A stretch of DNA of 64,000 bases from an uncultured Chloroflexia bacterium (lineage in GTDB: Bacteria; Chloroflexota; Limnocylindria; Limnocylindrales; CSP1-4): the NCBI GenBank assembly GCA_963713975.1, contig OY970218.1, forward strand, positions 288,001 through 352,000. Direction: 5' to 3'. The translations under genes and the position numbers were made by a program. This document shows, one piece after another, positions 10,071-19,601 of the stretch (position 1 is the first letter of the stretch; each line of letters starts with the position of its first letter). The notes beneath the pieces were generated by a model. The model worked only from the letters and a program-made list of their open reading frames with translations. It did no database searches and was not told where the DNA came from.

Positions 10071-10520
10071 ATGCGACGAGTCGAGGCGGACGCCCTGGTG
10101 GGTGCGTCACGCGATGAGGTCTGGGAGCTCTACGACGACATCCCCGGGACCCCCCGGTGGGTGCCCTCCGTGCGCGAGATCCGCTATGTCTCGGGCCCGG
10201 CACGCGTGAGTACGGTCTACCGCGAGCGCACCAGGACGCTGGGCGTGGGCAGCACCGCTCAATGGGAGATCGTGGAGCACCGACGGCCGACCCGGCAGGT
10301 GCACGTCAGCCAGGGAGGCGGCCTGGAGCGCCGGCGGGTGATCACCTTCGAGGCTCGCGGCTCCGGCACCTGGGTCCACCAGGCGGTAGAACTGCGGTCA
10401 AGCCTCTGGGGACCACTGGCCTGGCTCCACGAGCAGGCGGCAGCCATCCCGGCCGGTGCGAGCGTGCGATCGGTGGTCGCGGCGGGGAAGCGCGCCTTCG
10501 AGGGCTATCCGCGGCGCTGA
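10071..10520 (+). CDS. SRPBCC/START family protein
   Basis: VGASRDEVWELYDDIPGTPRWVP pattern; start at ATG 10071. Confidence 0.75.
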   Translation: MRRVEADALVGASRDEVWELYDDIPGTPRWVPSVREIRYVSGPARVSTVYRERTRTLGVGSTAQWEIVEHRRPTRQVHVSQGGGLERRRVITFEARGSGTWVHQAVELRSSLWGPLAWLHEQAAAIPAGASVRSVVAAGKRAFEGYPRR

Positions 10521-10831
10521 GCACGGCCCGCAGCGGCGATGGCCCAGAGAATGCAGGCGGAGCGGGAATCGGGAACGGACCGCCGGGGAGGACAGGTTCG
10601 GGGCTCCGCCGCCGCCCGGCATCCCGCCGGAGGAACGACGCGCCGCCCCATGTGGTCCGAATGTTGGCGGTCCGTTCGATGGCCGAACCGTACGCTCGGG
10701 CCCTGGCTGCCGGTACCGGCCAAGAGTCACGGGGCTGGTCGGACAAACGTCGTGGGTGGCCCCGGCGACCAACTTGCCCGCACCGGACCACGCGGGACTG
10801 CCCCGGGCCGCACCCGGCGGCCACCAGGAGG

Positions 10832-11002
10832 TCAGGCTCGGCCTCGCCCCGAGCGGCGGAGCCGATCGCGGATCCGGCCGGCCAGCGAGCCCGAGACCGG
10901 TGCGCCGGCCTCGGCGATGTCAAACCGGGCGACACGCAGCAGCTCCTTGTCGGCAAACGCGGCGGCGGAGCGTGGGGCGAGGCGGGGCACGATCTCGGTC
11001 AT
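10832..11002 (-). CDS. Small hypothetical protein (56 aa)
   Basis: Strong SD AAGGAGG just upstream of ATG at 11002; MTEIVPRLAPRSAAAFADKELLRVARFDIAE...; lies in an otherwise empty gap. Confidence 0.55.
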   Translation of the reverse strand: MTEIVPRLAPRSAAAFADKELLRVARFDIAEAGAPVSGSLAGRIRDRLRRSGRGRA

Positions 11003-11174
11003 CTGGCCCTCCTTGGGCGGTGTCGGCAGGGTCGGCAAGCGGCTTCACGGGCTTGTTCTGATGTCCAGCGTGGACGCCGGCACCTCCGGCCAGCCATCCC
11101 CCGGATGGGCCACCCATGGCCCGGACCAGGACGACGCCGGACCAGATCGGCCACCGGGGATACGCTTGGGCGCG

Positions 11175-11894
11175 ATGACCACGACCCAGCCCGACCGCCA
11201 CATCGTCCTCGCCGGCACCCGCAACGTGCGCGATGTCGGCGGCTATCCCGCCGGCAGCGGCCGCCAGACCCGGTGGCGGACTCTGCTGCGATCCGATGAG
11301 CTCACCCGGATCCCCGACGACACGAAGGCCGCCCTGGAGACCCTGGGTCTCCGTCAGGTGATCGACCTCCGCTGGCCGGAGGAGCTGGTGCTCTCGCCGA
11401 ACGCGTTCCGCCACTCCGGCCACGTCCGCTACACGAGCATCCCGCTCCTGGCCGATGACCCGACACCGCACTCCGGCCTCGCCGGGATGTACCGCCACGT
11501 CCTGGATGCGAGAGGCACGCAGCTCGCCGACGTGGTTCGATCCCTGCTCGAGCTCGATGGCCTCCCGGCCGTGATCGGGTGCGCCGCCGGCAAGGACCGG
11601 ACCGGCGTGACGATCGCGCTCCTGCTGGACCTGGTGGGCGTTCCCCGGTCGATCATCGTGGAGGATTACGCGGTCTCTGCGCACTACTTCGCGTCGCCGG
11701 TCGCCCACATCGAGCTGGATGACTGGCGCAGCCGGAGCCTCGTCGTGGACAGCCCGCCGGAGTTCATGGAGAGCGCGCTCGCCCACCTCGACCAGCGCCA
11801 CGGCGGCGCGCGCCGCCTGCTGGTCCGGCACGGGATCGAGGAGTCGGAGCTGGACCTCCTGGTCGATCGCCTCACGGAGCCGGCTCTCGCCTGA
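11175..11894 (+). CDS. Tyrosine-protein phosphatase (Y_phosphatase3/PtpB-like)
   Basis: RNVRDVGGY, LLRSD, VIDLR, CX5R loop GCAAGKDRTG, IVEDY; start at ATG 11175. Confidence 0.88.
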   Translation: MTTTQPDRHIVLAGTRNVRDVGGYPAGSGRQTRWRTLLRSDELTRIPDDTKAALETLGLRQVIDLRWPEELVLSPNAFRHSGHVRYTSIPLLADDPTPHSGLAGMYRHVLDARGTQLADVVRSLLELDGLPAVIGCAAGKDRTGVTIALLLDLVGVPRSIIVEDYAVSAHYFASPVAHIELDDWRSRSLVVDSPPEFMESALAHLDQRHGGARRLLVRHGIEESELDLLVDRLTEPALA

Positions 11895-11959
11895 CGGCAC
11901 GGAGGCGTCATCGCGCCGATTTGCAGCCGCGACGTGAGGTGGCCAAGTAGGATGGCGCC

Positions 11960-12400
11960 ATGGGCCGGATCACCGCCTCCATCGAGCTGCCGTACGCCGC
12001 GGACCGTGTGTTCCGCGTGGCGACCCGTGTTCCGGACATGCCGCGCTGGCTGCCCGAGGTGGCGAGCGCGGAGCTCCTGGACCCGGACCTCGCGGTCGGG
12101 AGCCGGATCCTGCTGCGCATGGGCCCTGCCACCGGAGGCGCCGAGATCACCGGCACGGTCGAGACCCTCCGCGCCCCCGAGTTGCTCGAGATCACCGGCA
12201 GCGGCGGCCCGCTGGGAATCCGGGTCCGCACCATCCTCGAGGCCACAGACGCCGTCGCGACGCGCGTGTCGCTGGAGTTGGACATCAGCACCCCGCCGCT
12301 GCTCGGCTTCATCGCCAAGGAGGCGGAGCGGCGGATCAACGCCGAGTTGCCGGCGTCGCTGGAACGGTTCCGTGCCCTGATGGACGCCGAACCCTCCTGA
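11960..12400 (+). CDS. SRPBCC/START family protein
   Basis: ADRVFRVATRVPDMPRWLPEV; C-terminal SLERFRALM helix; TGATG overlap with next gene. Confidence 0.8.
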   Translation: MGRITASIELPYAADRVFRVATRVPDMPRWLPEVASAELLDPDLAVGSRILLRMGPATGGAEITGTVETLRAPELLEITGSGGPLGIRVRTILEATDAVATRVSLELDISTPPLLGFIAKEAERRINAELPASLERFRALMDAEPS

Positions 12401-13176
12401 TGCTGCGCACCGTCACCGCGACCCGCTACGTCACGCCCCTGCGCGAGGGAGGATCCGTGCCCGCGCTCGTGGAGGCGGACGACGATGGCCTGTACGTCGT
12501 CAAGCTGCTGGGCGCCGGACACGGTCGCAAGGCGCTGGTCGCAGAGCTCCTCGCCGGAGAGCTGGCACGACACCTCGGCCTGCCCGTGCCCGACCAGGTG
12601 CTGGTGGAGCTGGACGCCACGCTCGCGAAGGCCGAGCCGGACGGCGAGATCCGGGACCTGCTGGGGCGATCCGCCGGGACCAACATCGGCCTCGACTTCC
12701 TTCCCGGGGCGCTGGCCTTTGCCCCGGCGATCGGCCCTGCCCCGGATCCGGAGCTGGCCGCGGGCATCGTGTGGCTGGACGCGTTCACGACCAACGTGGA
12801 CAGGACACCGCGCAATCCCAACCTGATCGTGTGGCACCGCCGGCTGCACCTGATCGACCACGGCTCTGCGCTGTACATCCACCACAGCTGGAAGGGCGCC
12901 GACGAGCACGCCCGGCGACCGTTCTCCGAGATTCGCGATCACGTCCTGCTGCCCTTCGCCGGCTCCATCCAGGAGGCGGACCGACGCCTGGCGTCCATCG
13001 TGGATCTCGAGCTCCTTCGGGGCCTTGCCGACGCGATCCCCGATGACTGGCTCCAACCCGAGGTCGGGCTTCCGGACCCTGAGGCGCATCGCCGCGCCTA
13101 TGTCGACTACCTCGTCACCCGTCTCGAGGGCCGTGACGCATTCGTGGAGGAGGCCGAGCGTGCCCGCCTCGTCTGA
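12400..13176 (+). CDS. HipA-like kinase (HipA_2 family)
   Basis: YVTPLREGGSVP, YVVKL, LVAEL, NVDRTPRNPNL, LIDHG. Confidence 0.88.
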   Translation: MLRTVTATRYVTPLREGGSVPALVEADDDGLYVVKLLGAGHGRKALVAELLAGELARHLGLPVPDQVLVELDATLAKAEPDGEIRDLLGRSAGTNIGLDFLPGALAFAPAIGPAPDPELAAGIVWLDAFTTNVDRTPRNPNLIVWHRRLHLIDHGSALYIHHSWKGADEHARRPFSEIRDHVLLPFAGSIQEADRRLASIVDLELLRGLADAIPDDWLQPEVGLPDPEAHRRAYVDYLVTRLEGRDAFVEEAERARLV

Positions 13177-13564
13177 AGCCACCGTGCGCAGCCCGTTCGA
13201 GTACGCGATCGTCCAGGTCATCCCCCGCGTGGAACGCGGCGAGGGCCTGAACGCCGGGATCGTGCTGATGTGCCGGCCGCGCCGCTTCATCGGGGCGCGC
13301 GTGGCGCTGGACGAGGCGCTGCTGGTGGCGATGGCCCACGACTGCGACCCCGAGATCGTCAGGGCCCACCTCGCGGCGATCGAGGGGATCGCCGCCGGCG
13401 ATCCCGATGCGGGCCCGATCGCCAGCCTGTCGGCGCCGGAACGGTTCCACTGGCTGGTGGCGCCGTCGTCCACGATCATCCAGCCGTCGGCGGTCCACAC
13501 CGGGCTGACGGCCGACCCGGGGGCCACCCTGGAGCACCTGTTCCGGACGCTCGTCCTCCGCTGA
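13160..13564 (+). CDS. DUF3037 domain protein
   Basis: FEYAIVQVIPRVERGEGLNAG, ERFHWLVAPSSTIIQPSAVHTG; GTG start after GGAGG, overlapping the kinase stop. Confidence 0.88.
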   Translation: MPASSEATVRSPFEYAIVQVIPRVERGEGLNAGIVLMCRPRRFIGARVALDEALLVAMAHDCDPEIVRAHLAAIEGIAAGDPDAGPIASLSAPERFHWLVAPSSTIIQPSAVHTGLTADPGATLEHLFRTLVLR

Positions 13565-13618
13565 ACACCGTCGGGGAGCGCCGCCGAACTGGGACGGCCG
13601 GGCTCGGGCCGCCCGAAC

Positions 13619-13999
13619 CTATGCGCCCGGGACGTACTCCTCGCCCGGTGCCGGCGCCTCGGCCTCCGGGACGACCCGGTCTGCCGGCGGAGGGCTCAAC
13701 GCCGCCGCTCCCGCGGCCGCCTGCCGGACCCCGCCGCGCCGGAACCTGAGGGCCACGCTGATCGTGACCAGCATGAACGTGAGCGATGCGGCGTTCGAGA
13801 TGAGCATCGCCGGGTTGCCCAGCGACCAGCCGTAGGCGAGCCAGGCGATGAAGCCCGCGCACAGCAGCGACAGATACAGCAGCGAGACGTCGTTGCTGGA
13901 CCTCGTGCGCCGCATCCGCCGGATCTGCAGCACTGGCGAGATCGCCATCAGCACGCCCGCGAGCGTCGCCAGGACGGCCAGGATCTCCGTGTTGGTCAT
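13619..13999 (-). CDS. SemiSWEET/PQ-loop family transporter
   Basis: Three TM helices; SPVLQIRRMRRTRSSNDVS, WLAYG, ISN. Confidence 0.8.
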   Translation of the reverse strand: MTNTEILAVLATLAGVLMAISPVLQIRRMRRTRSSNDVSLLYLSLLCAGFIAWLAYGWSLGNPAMLISNAASLTFMLVTISVALRFRRGGVRQAAAGAAALSPPPADRVVPEAEAPAPGEEYVPGA

Positions 14000-14577
14000 T
14001 GGCTGTTGGCCGCTTCACGGATCTCGGCCTTGCGAGCCCGCTTGCCGGCCTGGTACTGGGCGAGTGCCTCCGGGGAGTCGACGTCGCCCAGCGTCGGCTG
14101 GTCCGGGATGACCGCCTCCCAGCCCGGCGGCGTGATCCCGAACTGCTTGGCAAGCAGCGCCACGATGGTCCCGGCCTTCATCTCGCCGATCCCCGGCAGC
14201 GCCATGAGGCGCGCCTGGAGGTCTCGGGCGTCGGCCGCCGCGGACCAGACCAGAGAGGCATCGCCGCCGTAGGAGTCGGCAATGGCGGCACACAGGTCGC
14301 GCACCCGCTTGGCCATGTTGCCCGGGAATCGATGGAGCGCGGGCGGCGTCCGAAACGCGTTGTCGAGTACCTCGGGATCCATCGTCGCGATGGCCGTGGC
14401 ATCGAGCGTGCCGATGCGCCGCCGCAGCTCGAGGGGCCCTGCGAAGGCCTTCTGGACGGTGACCTGCTGGTCGAGCGCGAACCCGATCAGCAGCGCGAGC
14501 GGATCGGTCGCGAGGAGACGGTCCGCCTCGTCGTTGCCAGTGAAGGGGAGGCGGTCGGGCGGGACGGGATGGCTCAT
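13996..14577 (-). CDS. HhH-GPD-type base-excision repair protein
   Basis: PFTGNDEADRLL, LLIGFALDQQV, ALHRFPGNMAKR, ALPGIGEMKA (HhH). Confidence 0.85.
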   Translation of the reverse strand: MSHPVPPDRLPFTGNDEADRLLATDPLALLIGFALDQQVTVQKAFAGPLELRRRIGTLDATAIATMDPEVLDNAFRTPPALHRFPGNMAKRVRDLCAAIADSYGGDASLVWSAAADARDLQARLMALPGIGEMKAGTIVALLAKQFGITPPGWEAVIPDQPTLGDVDSPEALAQYQAGKRARKAEIREAANSQ

Positions 14578-14636
14578 GGGATGCATCGTACGCGTCGTCG
14601 GGCTTCGGGGCCCCCGACACGGACTACGATCCACCG

Positions 14637-15920
14637 ATGACCATGCCCGCCCCCTATGCCGATTTGGTCGGCACCCTCGCGGTCCGGGCCGGCCGCCTGC
14701 TCGACGTGGAGACCGGCGAGACCGCCCCCGGCCGCGTCCTGCTCGTGCGCGATGGCCGGGTCGAGGCCGTGCTCGGTCCCGACGACGGCCTGCCCGATGG
14801 CACGCCCGTGATCGACCTCGGCGGCCTGACCGTCCTGCCCGGACTCATCGACACCCACAGCCACCTCGTGGGCGAGGTGCAGACGGCGGGCGTCCCGGCG
14901 ACGACCACGACCGGTGCCCAGGACGCCCTGCTCAGCGTCCGCAACGCGCGGGTCACCCTCCAGGCAGGCTTCACGACGGTCCGCGACCTCGGGGCATTCC
15001 GGGCGTTCGTGGACTGCGCCCTGCGGGACACGATCGACGCGGGCGAGCTGGAGGGGCCGCGGATGCTCTGCGCGGGCGCCTTCGTCACGGTGCCCTGGGG
15101 CGGAGGCGACGTGGTGGGGCTGGCCCACGACATCCGGCTGCCCGAGGAGCTGCGGTTCGGGGTGGTCACGTCCCCGGTCGAGGTCCGGGAGCGGGTACGG
15201 CGGCTGCTCATCGGAGGCGTGGACGTCATCAAGTGCATCGGCACTGGGGCGGTCCTTACGCGCGGCGGCGTCCCGGGTGCCCCGGAGCTGTCCGAGGAGG
15301 AGATCCGGGCCGCGGTGGAGGAGGCTGAGCAGTACGGCCGGTTCGTGGCCGTCCACGCGCACGGGGCCGAGGGAGCCCGCCGGGCGATCCGGGCCGGCGC
15401 CCGCTCCGTGGAGCACGGATCGATGCTGGACCGCGGGACGGTCGCGATGCTCGCCGACTCCGGCACCTACCTGGGCGTTGACCTGTACGACGGGGAGTGG
15501 GCGCTCTCGGAGGGCAACGCGATCGGCTGGCCGACGGAGACGATGCGCAAGCTGCGCGAGACGATGGAGACGGGCATCGCTGCCTTCCAATGGGCCATGG
15601 AGGCCGGCGTGCGGATCACCTACTCCACCGACAGCGGTGTCTACCCGCACGAGCTGGTGGCGAACCAGTTCGACACGTGCGTGCGGTTCGGCATGACGCC
15701 GCTCGCGGCGATCCGCTCCGCGACCATCGTGGCGGCCGAGTGCCTGGGGCGGGCGGAGTCCGTGGGCACCCTGCGACCGGGGCGCTTCGCCGACCTGGTG
15801 GCCGTCGAGGGTGACCCGCTCGATGACATCCGCGCCCTCGAGCTGCCCGTGGCCGTGATCAAGGGCGGACGCCTCGCGCTCGATCGTCGCGCGGAGGCCG
15901 CCGGGAGCTCCGGCGACTGA
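14637..15920 (+). CDS. Metal-dependent amidohydrolase (Xaa-Pro dipeptidase-like)
   Basis: PGLIDTHSH, GFTTVRDLG, VIK, VHAHG, SVEHG, STD, ADLVAVEGDP. Confidence 0.88.
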   Translation: MTMPAPYADLVGTLAVRAGRLLDVETGETAPGRVLLVRDGRVEAVLGPDDGLPDGTPVIDLGGLTVLPGLIDTHSHLVGEVQTAGVPATTTTGAQDALLSVRNARVTLQAGFTTVRDLGAFRAFVDCALRDTIDAGELEGPRMLCAGAFVTVPWGGGDVVGLAHDIRLPEELRFGVVTSPVEVRERVRRLLIGGVDVIKCIGTGAVLTRGGVPGAPELSEEEIRAAVEEAEQYGRFVAVHAHGAEGARRAIRAGARSVEHGSMLDRGTVAMLADSGTYLGVDLYDGEWALSEGNAIGWPTETMRKLRETMETGIAAFQWAMEAGVRITYSTDSGVYPHELVANQFDTCVRFGMTPLAAIRSATIVAAECLGRAESVGTLRPGRFADLVAVEGDPLDDIRALELPVAVIKGGRLALDRRAEAAGSSGD

Positions 15921-15925
15921 CGCCC

Positions 15926-16684
15926 GTGCTACTCGGGATCGACCATCTGGTCATCGTCGTCCACGACGTCGACGCTGCGGCCGGGACGCTCGAGCGGGAC
16001 CTGGGCCTCGAGTTCACGGGCGGCGGACGCCACGAGGCCATGGGCACGTACAACCGGCTCGCATTTCTCGGGGACACGTACCTGGAGCTGATCGGCGTGT
16101 TCGACCGGGATCTCGTGCTGTCCTCGCGCACGTTCGCCGTGAGCAACGCGGCCTTGGCGTTCCTGGAGGGCCAGGGTGAGGGGCTCGCCACGTACGCGCT
16201 GGCCACCGACGACGTCGCCGGCGACGTGGCGCGGCTCCACGCCGCGGGGTCGCCGATCGGTGAACCCGTCACCGGCTCGCGCGTGCGTCCGGACGGCGAG
16301 GTCGTGCGCTGGGCCACCGCGTTCCCGGAGCTGGGGCCGGATCGGCCGCCGTTCCTCATCGAGCACGAGCCGGTCGGCGCGGAGTGGGGCGACGAGGCCA
16401 GGTCTGCCCGGGCGAGGTTCCGTCACCCGGGTGCCGGGAGCGTGCGGCTGGTCTCGCTGGAGCTGCCGACGGAGGATCCGGCGGCCGTGGCGGGCGAGTA
16501 CGGCTCGGTCCTGGGCATCACCTTCTCCGCGGACTGGCGAGCGGCGGTGGACGGGCAGGCGATCGTGCTGCGGCCGGCCGGAGCCGGTGAGCCCATCGTG
16601 GGTCTCGACGTCGGGCCGGACGCGGTCCCGCTGGACCTCGTGCGGTTCGGCGCTCGCTGGCGACTCACGCCGACGCCGCCCTGA
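15926..16684 (+). CDS. VOC family protein (glyoxalase-like)
   Basis: IDHLVI, GGGRHEAMGTYNRL, YLELI, PFLIE. Confidence 0.85.
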   Translation: MLLGIDHLVIVVHDVDAAAGTLERDLGLEFTGGGRHEAMGTYNRLAFLGDTYLELIGVFDRDLVLSSRTFAVSNAALAFLEGQGEGLATYALATDDVAGDVARLHAAGSPIGEPVTGSRVRPDGEVVRWATAFPELGPDRPPFLIEHEPVGAEWGDEARSARARFRHPGAGSVRLVSLELPTEDPAAVAGEYGSVLGITFSADWRAAVDGQAIVLRPAGAGEPIVGLDVGPDAVPLDLVRFGARWRLTPTPP

Positions 16685-16703
16685 CACGGGCTACCCTGAT
16701 CGC

Positions 16704-17480
16704 ATGACCGACGGACGCGACATCGCCCTGCGCACCACCCGTACGGGGCGCGAGCTGCCGGCCTTCCTAGCCCGCCCGAAGGGCGATCCGGCCCAGCCCG
16801 GCGCTGCAGTGATCGTGGTCCACGAGATCATGGGCCTCAACGACGACATCCGGCGGATCGCGACCGTGTTCGCGGACCACGGGTACGTGGCACTCGCGCC
16901 GGACCTGCTCGGGGCAGGCTGGAAGCCGCTGTGTATCGCACGGTTCTTCCAGGGGATCGGCAAGGTCGGCACGGGCCGCCCGTATCACGAGGTGGCGGCG
17001 CTCCAGGACTGGCTGGCGCGGCAGCCGGACGTGGACCCGGACCGGATCGGGATGGCGGGGTTCTGCGCCGGGGGCGGCTTAGCGATGCTCTACGCGGCTC
17101 GCGGTGGCCGCAATCTGCGCGCGGTGGCACCGTTCTACGGCGCACTCCCGGGTGACCCGGTCATCCCGGACCTGTGCCCGACCGTCGCTTCCTATGGTGG
17201 CCGCGATGGGGCCTTTGGCAAGGTCGGGCCGAAGCTCGCGGCCGCTCTGGACGCGGCCGGGATCCCGAACGACGTCAGGACCTACCCGGAGGCCGGGCAC
17301 TCGTTCATGAACCGCCACGGGGGCTTGATGAACGCGATCGGATCGCGCATGCCGATGCATTCCGGGTTCGACGAGACAGCGTCGACGGATGCATGGGCCC
17401 GCGTGCTCGCGTTCTTCGAGGAGCACCTGGCCCCGCCGCCGGACGGCCGGACGGCGTCACCCGGCACCCGCGAGGGCTAG
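16704..17480 (+). CDS. Dienelactone hydrolase family protein
   Basis: VHEIMGLN, ALAPDL, GFCAGG nucleophile elbow, YPEAGHSF; start at ATG 16704. Confidence 0.9.
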   Translation: MTDGRDIALRTTRTGRELPAFLARPKGDPAQPGAAVIVVHEIMGLNDDIRRIATVFADHGYVALAPDLLGAGWKPLCIARFFQGIGKVGTGRPYHEVAALQDWLARQPDVDPDRIGMAGFCAGGGLAMLYAARGGRNLRAVAPFYGALPGDPVIPDLCPTVASYGGRDGAFGKVGPKLAAALDAAGIPNDVRTYPEAGHSFMNRHGGLMNAIGSRMPMHSGFDETASTDAWARVLAFFEEHLAPPPDGRTASPGTREG

Positions 17481-18295
17481 CCTCCCGACACCGGGTTGCG
17501 CCGCAGCGCCCCGCCGTCCCGCACCGACGTCGGCCGCGAGGCGCCGGGCGATGCGGCAGGCGAGGCGGCACTGAAGCCGATGGGCAACGGGTCGGAGCGC
17601 CCCGGCCCGCTGCGCGGGTTGGCCCCTGCCTCTCCACGGGACGCCATCGCCATCCCGATGCGGTAGGTGAGCAGGAACAGGACGGCCGCTGTCGCGGCCA
17701 GGTAGATGGCCTCGGCCCAGGGCGCGTTGCTGTCCGAGCCGGAGGCGATGCCGTGGATCGTGGCGCCGGCGAATGCCAGGAATGTCACGTAGTGGAACGT
17801 CCGCCAGGCGCGCTGTCCGATGCGCTTGCGCAGGTAGAAGCTGGCGGTCACGGCGGCCATGAGGTACAGGGCAACCTGGCCGAAGGCCACGGCGATGGGC
17901 GCATGGGGTGCCAGTCCCGGCACCAGGATCTGGGCAAGGGTGAACGGGACGGAATGGTCCAGCGCAAGGAGCATCCCGTGGATGCCGGCGAGGCCCAGCG
18001 CGAAGGCGGCGAGGTCCTGGTGCAGCGAGAAGCTGATCGGCCGATGCGCGATCGCATCGAGGATCTTCGACGACAGCAGCAGGCCATAGATGACGGAGCC
18101 CGCCAACGCAAGGTAGGCAAGCCAGGCGAACATCCGCTCGAACAGCCAGACGAGGCTCTGCGGGTTCAGCTCGACCACGGTCGCCAGACCACGGGCCGCC
18201 GCGGGGGCGCTGACCCCCGCGACGATCCCGATCGCCACGGCCGCGAGACCCCAGCGGGCCATGGCGGTGCGGGGATTGAGCCCGCGGAACTTCAC
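17477..18295 (-). CDS. Ferric reductase-like (MsrQ-like) diheme transmembrane protein
   Basis: Multiple TM helices; four His (SLHQ, GIHG, WRTFHY, TIHG); start GTG 18295 (overlaps apbE stop) or ATG 18304. Confidence 0.85.
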   Translation of the reverse strand: MKFRGLNPRTAMARWGLAAVAIGIVAGVSAPAAARGLATVVELNPQSLVWLFERMFAWLAYLALAGSVIYGLLLSSKILDAIAHRPISFSLHQDLAAFALGLAGIHGMLLALDHSVPFTLAQILVPGLAPHAPIAVAFGQVALYLMAAVTASFYLRKRIGQRAWRTFHYVTFLAFAGATIHGIASGSDSNAPWAEAIYLAATAAVLFLLTYRIGMAMASRGEAGANPRSGPGRSDPLPIGFSAASPAASPGASRPTSVRDGGALRRNPVSGG

Positions 18296-19218
18296 TGCAG
18301 CCATCGCACCATCCCTGGAGTCGCGCGGAGCTCGCCGCGCTCGGTGAGGAGGAGGAGCCCGAGCACGCCGGGGTGGTCGAGGAGACCGAACGCACGATCC
18401 GTGCCCGCGATGACGGCCGTCTTGGCGAATGCCTCGGCGACGCGCGCAGAGGACGCCAGCACGGTGGCCTGGACGACGTCGGTGAGGGCGGGGCGCCGCG
18501 TGCGCGGATCGACGAGGTGGTGTGCGTCCCCGCCGGCGTGCGCCCAGCGATGGATGCTGGTGCCGGAGGTCGCGATCCCCCACTCCCGCGTGACGCCGCC
18601 ATCCGCGCCGAGGCACAGCGCGCCGAGCAGCGAGGCGGGCGTCCGCGGATCCCCGATGCCGATCGACCAGCTGTCGCCGGGCGCGACGCGGATGGCAACG
18701 TCGCCGTCGCCGTCGACCAGTGCGGAGCGACCGGGCGTGATCGCGAGCGCGCGGTCCGCCAGCCAGCCCTTCGCGACGCCGTCCAGGTCGAAGCGGACCC
18801 CGGGCGTGCGCTCGACGGCGGCACCGCGGGCCGTGCGATGGAGGGACCACCGCCGGCCGGCCGAGATCGGGATGACCGGGTCCAGGCCCTCCTCCGCGGC
18901 CAGGCGCTCGTCGAGCAGCGACGCATCGACGAGCCCCCCGGTCATCCCTTCCGCCATCCGTGCCCAGTCGAGTGCTGCGGTCAGGGTGGGTCCGATCGGG
19001 ACGATCGCCGCGGGTGCGGCATTGAGGCGCATGAGCTCGGAATCCGGCGAGAAGCGCGTCAGCCGCGCGGCCCAGGCCTCGATTCGGTCGAGGACCATGC
19101 CGGCCGCTCGTTCGAGCGCCATGTCGTCGGACGATCCGCCGAGGATCTGCACGGACACCATGCCGCCCATCAGGGGACGCGAGACGTCGGCGCTGGAGTC
19201 CACGGCGAGCGCGGTCAC
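18292..19218 (-). CDS. apbE: FAD:protein FMN transferase ApbE
   Basis: LMGG, TRFSPDSELMRLN, FDLDGVAKGW, DGDGD, IATSG, HHLVDPRT, AEAFAK; GTG start overlapping upstream stop. Confidence 0.9.
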   Translation of the reverse strand: MTALAVDSSADVSRPLMGGMVSVQILGGSSDDMALERAAGMVLDRIEAWAARLTRFSPDSELMRLNAAPAAIVPIGPTLTAALDWARMAEGMTGGLVDASLLDERLAAEEGLDPVIPISAGRRWSLHRTARGAAVERTPGVRFDLDGVAKGWLADRALAITPGRSALVDGDGDVAIRVAPGDSWSIGIGDPRTPASLLGALCLGADGGVTREWGIATSGTSIHRWAHAGGDAHHLVDPRTRRPALTDVVQATVLASSARVAEAFAKTAVIAGTDRAFGLLDHPGVLGLLLLTERGELRATPGMVRWLQ

Positions 19219-19601
19219 GGCTTGCCCGACTGCCGGGTGACGGCCTTCACGTGAACGCGCGGCGTCGGCTGGGGCGGGATCACCACGGAGCTGTTGGGCG
19301 GGGCGGTCTCGCCGGGCGCGAGGGTCACGGCCCTGGTCACGTGCACTACCGACGGCTCCGGCCCCACGGCCGTGGTCGTGTCGACGGCCCCGGCGACCGC
19401 GACCGGGGTCGGCATGACCGATGGCAGCATCGCGGCCATCAGCGCACTCGCCGAGGCGATGCCGGCCATGCCGAAGATGACGCGCATCGGGTTCGGGTCG
19501 GGCTTGCTGCGCTGCGGACGCGGTGCCTGGCCGGCGGTGCTGGTGCCGGCACCACGGACCGCCGTCGACGGGAGCGGGCGGGGGGATCGAGGGTCGGCCA
19601 T
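19215..19601 (-). CDS. Small single-pass membrane protein ending in VTRQSGKP
   Basis: ATG 19601 overlaps the upstream stop; basic N-terminus, TM segment, Pro/Thr-rich tail; stop overlaps apbE start. Confidence 0.7.
   Translation of the reverse strand: MADPRSPRPLPSTAVRGAGTSTAGQAPRPQRSKPDPNPMRVIFGMAGIASASALMAAMLPSVMPTPVAVAGAVDTTTAVGPEPSVVHVTRAVTLAPGETAPPNSSVVIPPQPTPRVHVKAVTRQSGKP

Noticed and set aside
10521-10831. 311-bp gap: possible sRNA or ORF
   Set aside because: No convincing SD/ORF, repeat or known RNA motif found by eye; left unassigned
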